Both the position numbers and the translations under genes were made by a program. Below the pieces are notes generated by a model that worked only from the letters and a program-made list of their open reading frames with translations, was not told the DNA's origin and searched no databases. 64,000 nucleotides of DNA from Cyanobacteria bacterium J06626_4 (GTDB taxonomy: Bacteria > Cyanobacteriota > Cyanobacteriia > Phormidesmidales > Phormidesmidaceae). Location: assembly GCA_038523235.1 (NCBI GenBank), contig JBCBJQ010000001.1:128001-192000 (forward strand). Reading direction: 5' to 3'. Positions within the stretch are counted from its first letter, which is position 1; each line of letters begins with the position of its first letter. This document shows positions 62,255 to 64,000 of this stretch, piece by piece.

Positions 62255-62502
62255 AAACTATATTTTGGCCCGTTAAGTGACGGCAAGCCGCACTTCGACA
62301 AAATCACTCGGGATGGCGTAGAGCCTGGCCTTTCTCGAAGGGGATGCGGCTCTACCGTCGTGGCCCGTTGGTTCGCTTTAGCGAAGCTATGCCCCACGGA
62401 TGGTTGCCTCAGGGTAATACCGCCGACTGATTCAGGCCGGGCAATCGCCATCACAACCCAAAGGAGATCGCCATTGAGGTGCATCAGTCTGGAGCAGGCG
62501 GG

Positions 62503-63102
62503 CTAGTCCTGGCCACCAGTGAGGTCAGGCGCGATCTCGTTGCCCACCGCGCCCAGGCAGCTATAGCGATAATCGCCGTAGTTCATCTCGGCCCCGCAGA
62601 GAATCGCCCCATTAAAGTTACCGCTGACGAGCACAACGTTGCTGAGATCAGCAGCAATTAATACCGCATCGACGAACAGAGAGTCTTCAATGTAGGCATT
62701 GCCGAACCGAGTGCCATAGAGCGATGCGGCCGTAAAATCTGATTCATAAAAAGTGGCCTCATGCAGCAGCGCCGCATCCAAGGTCGCCGCAATCGCCGAT
62801 GCCTTGGCCAGGTAAGCACCACTCAAATCGGCACCACTCAGATCGGCGCCGTCTAAATTGCTGTGGTAAAGGTTGGCCTCAGTTAAGTTGGCCCGCTGTA
62901 AGTTAGCGCCGCTTAGATCTAACCGTCTGAGGTCAGCGCCCGAGAGGTTGCAGTCGGGGCAATCGCCGGTGCTAATCAGTTGAGTCAAGGCCTCGCGATC
63001 AAAGGCCTGACTGGGGGCGGCGATCGCCAAACCGCTGAACAGGGCAAGCACGCCGCTGAACAGGCCCAACTGTTTTTGATATAGGCGATCGCTGATATGC
63101 AT
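62503..63102 (-). CDS. Secreted pentapeptide repeat protein
   Basis: Signal peptide, CPDCNLSGADL and A(D/N)LxG repeats. Confidence 0.92.
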   Translation of the reverse strand: MHISDRLYQKQLGLFSGVLALFSGLAIAAPSQAFDREALTQLISTGDCPDCNLSGADLRRLDLSGANLQRANLTEANLYHSNLDGADLSGADLSGAYLAKASAIAATLDAALLHEATFYESDFTAASLYGTRFGNAYIEDSLFVDAVLIAADLSNVVLVSGNFNGAILCGAEMNYGDYRYSCLGAVGNEIAPDLTGGQD

Positions 63103-63421
63103 AGCTATTGAGTCCTATGTTTAGAGGTGGTCAGGTGAGCGTCCCGCACATGTGCCGGATGGGATCAGGCAACTTTTTATACGGACTGAGACAAGTTACG
63201 CTTTCTGAAATCTTTCCAGAAAGATCTCAATTCATCGACAATTTGATCTAATAATAGCCATGCTCTAGGTGATTCAAGGGTTTTGGTTGGTAAAAGGGCA
63301 GGTCTTTACTTTCTCTTTACTGAACAATATTGGCGGCATTAGGCTGCAGATTCTGCGTCATCATGGGCACCTAGACCTACGGCAATCGTCTCTACATTGG
63401 GTGAGATTCAACGGGTGAATT

Positions 63422-64000
63422 ATGAAAACAATAAAAGCATTTAAGTTTGTTGCAGTTGCTGCCGCCGCCACCATCGGGGTTCTCGGCAGTACGATTGCAA
63501 CACTCGCTGCAGATTTTGGTTCTTTAGAAGTTGACCAAAGTCAGTATCTATCAGTGGCGATTCCAGGCGGCAGCTTCATTCCTTATCAGCTATGGCTGAT
63601 TCGTGAGCGCACCCCTGGGGCAAACTGCTTTGATGTGAGTGGCACCAGTCCGGGCGTGGTTGATCCGCTGTGGCGCGAAAATACCAGCGGCTGTGCCCCG
63701 ACTTCCGATTCGAATGGCTATTCCATCCGCGTGGGTGGCGAAGAGTTAGGGTCGGCCTATTCCTTAGTCGTCAAAGAGTCGGGCGATGAGCTGGTGCTGA
63801 TGGGGCAGCCCATCCGAGGCTCTTCAATTTTGATTGGTCGCACGGGCGGTATTAGTGCGAACGGCTATACCGAAATCAAGCTACAGCCGGGCTGGCGCAT
63901 TACCCAACGCACCTATGAAGGCGAAGCCCTCGGTCACTTTTATTACACCAACGATGCGACTCTGGCGGAGCTAGAGACCGATGACGGTGTAGCGATCAAC
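63422..64000 (+). CDS. DUF3747-like secreted protein, truncated by the window edge
   Basis: Manual translation MKTIKAFKF...VVDPLW..DSNGYSIRVGG..IGRTGG..LQPGWRITQRTY..LGHFY, with no stop before 64000. Confidence 0.75.
   Translation, partial: MKTIKAFKFVAVAAAATIGVLGSTIATLAADFGSLEVDQSQYLSVAIPGGSFIPYQLWLIRERTPGANCFDVSGTSPGVVDPLWRENTSGCAPTSDSNGYSIRVGGEELGSAYSLVVKESGDELVLMGQPIRGSSILIGRTGGISANGYTEIKLQPGWRITQRTYEGEALGHFYYTNDATLAELETDDGVAIN

Overview
Core chromosomal window of a cyanobacterium. It has photosynthesis genes, a very frequent HIP1 octamer (GCGATCGC) and moderately high GC. My impression is a filamentous Leptolyngbya/Nodosilinea-like strain, which is inference only. Most of it is housekeeping: map, psbQ, coaD-cdv3, ruvA, rpsO-PAM68, ilvA, sqdBX, ftsX, tatA, ndhCKJ, rubA-ycf48-psbEFLJ, rpsP-khpA-phoH, rps1, dprA, rsmA-ispE, prs and petCA. 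I found no tRNA, rRNA, CRISPR array, transposase or prophage. Four things stand out. (1) The dispersed parts of an archaeal-style end-resection machine (NurA, HerA and a Rad50/SbcC with no CXXC zinc hook) lie among many other recombination genes. (2) A co-oriented RusA-like / REase-like / putative annealing-protein trio in which both nuclease folds appear to have altered catalytic motifs. (3) Several small non-coding repeat or MITE-like elements and a perfect 54-bp palindrome, placed in gaps between convergent genes. (4) An M28 aminopeptidase with a PEP-CTERM sorting tail. All family assignments come from motif recognition, not database searches. Start codons were shifted from the ORF track where a downstream start looked more plausible.
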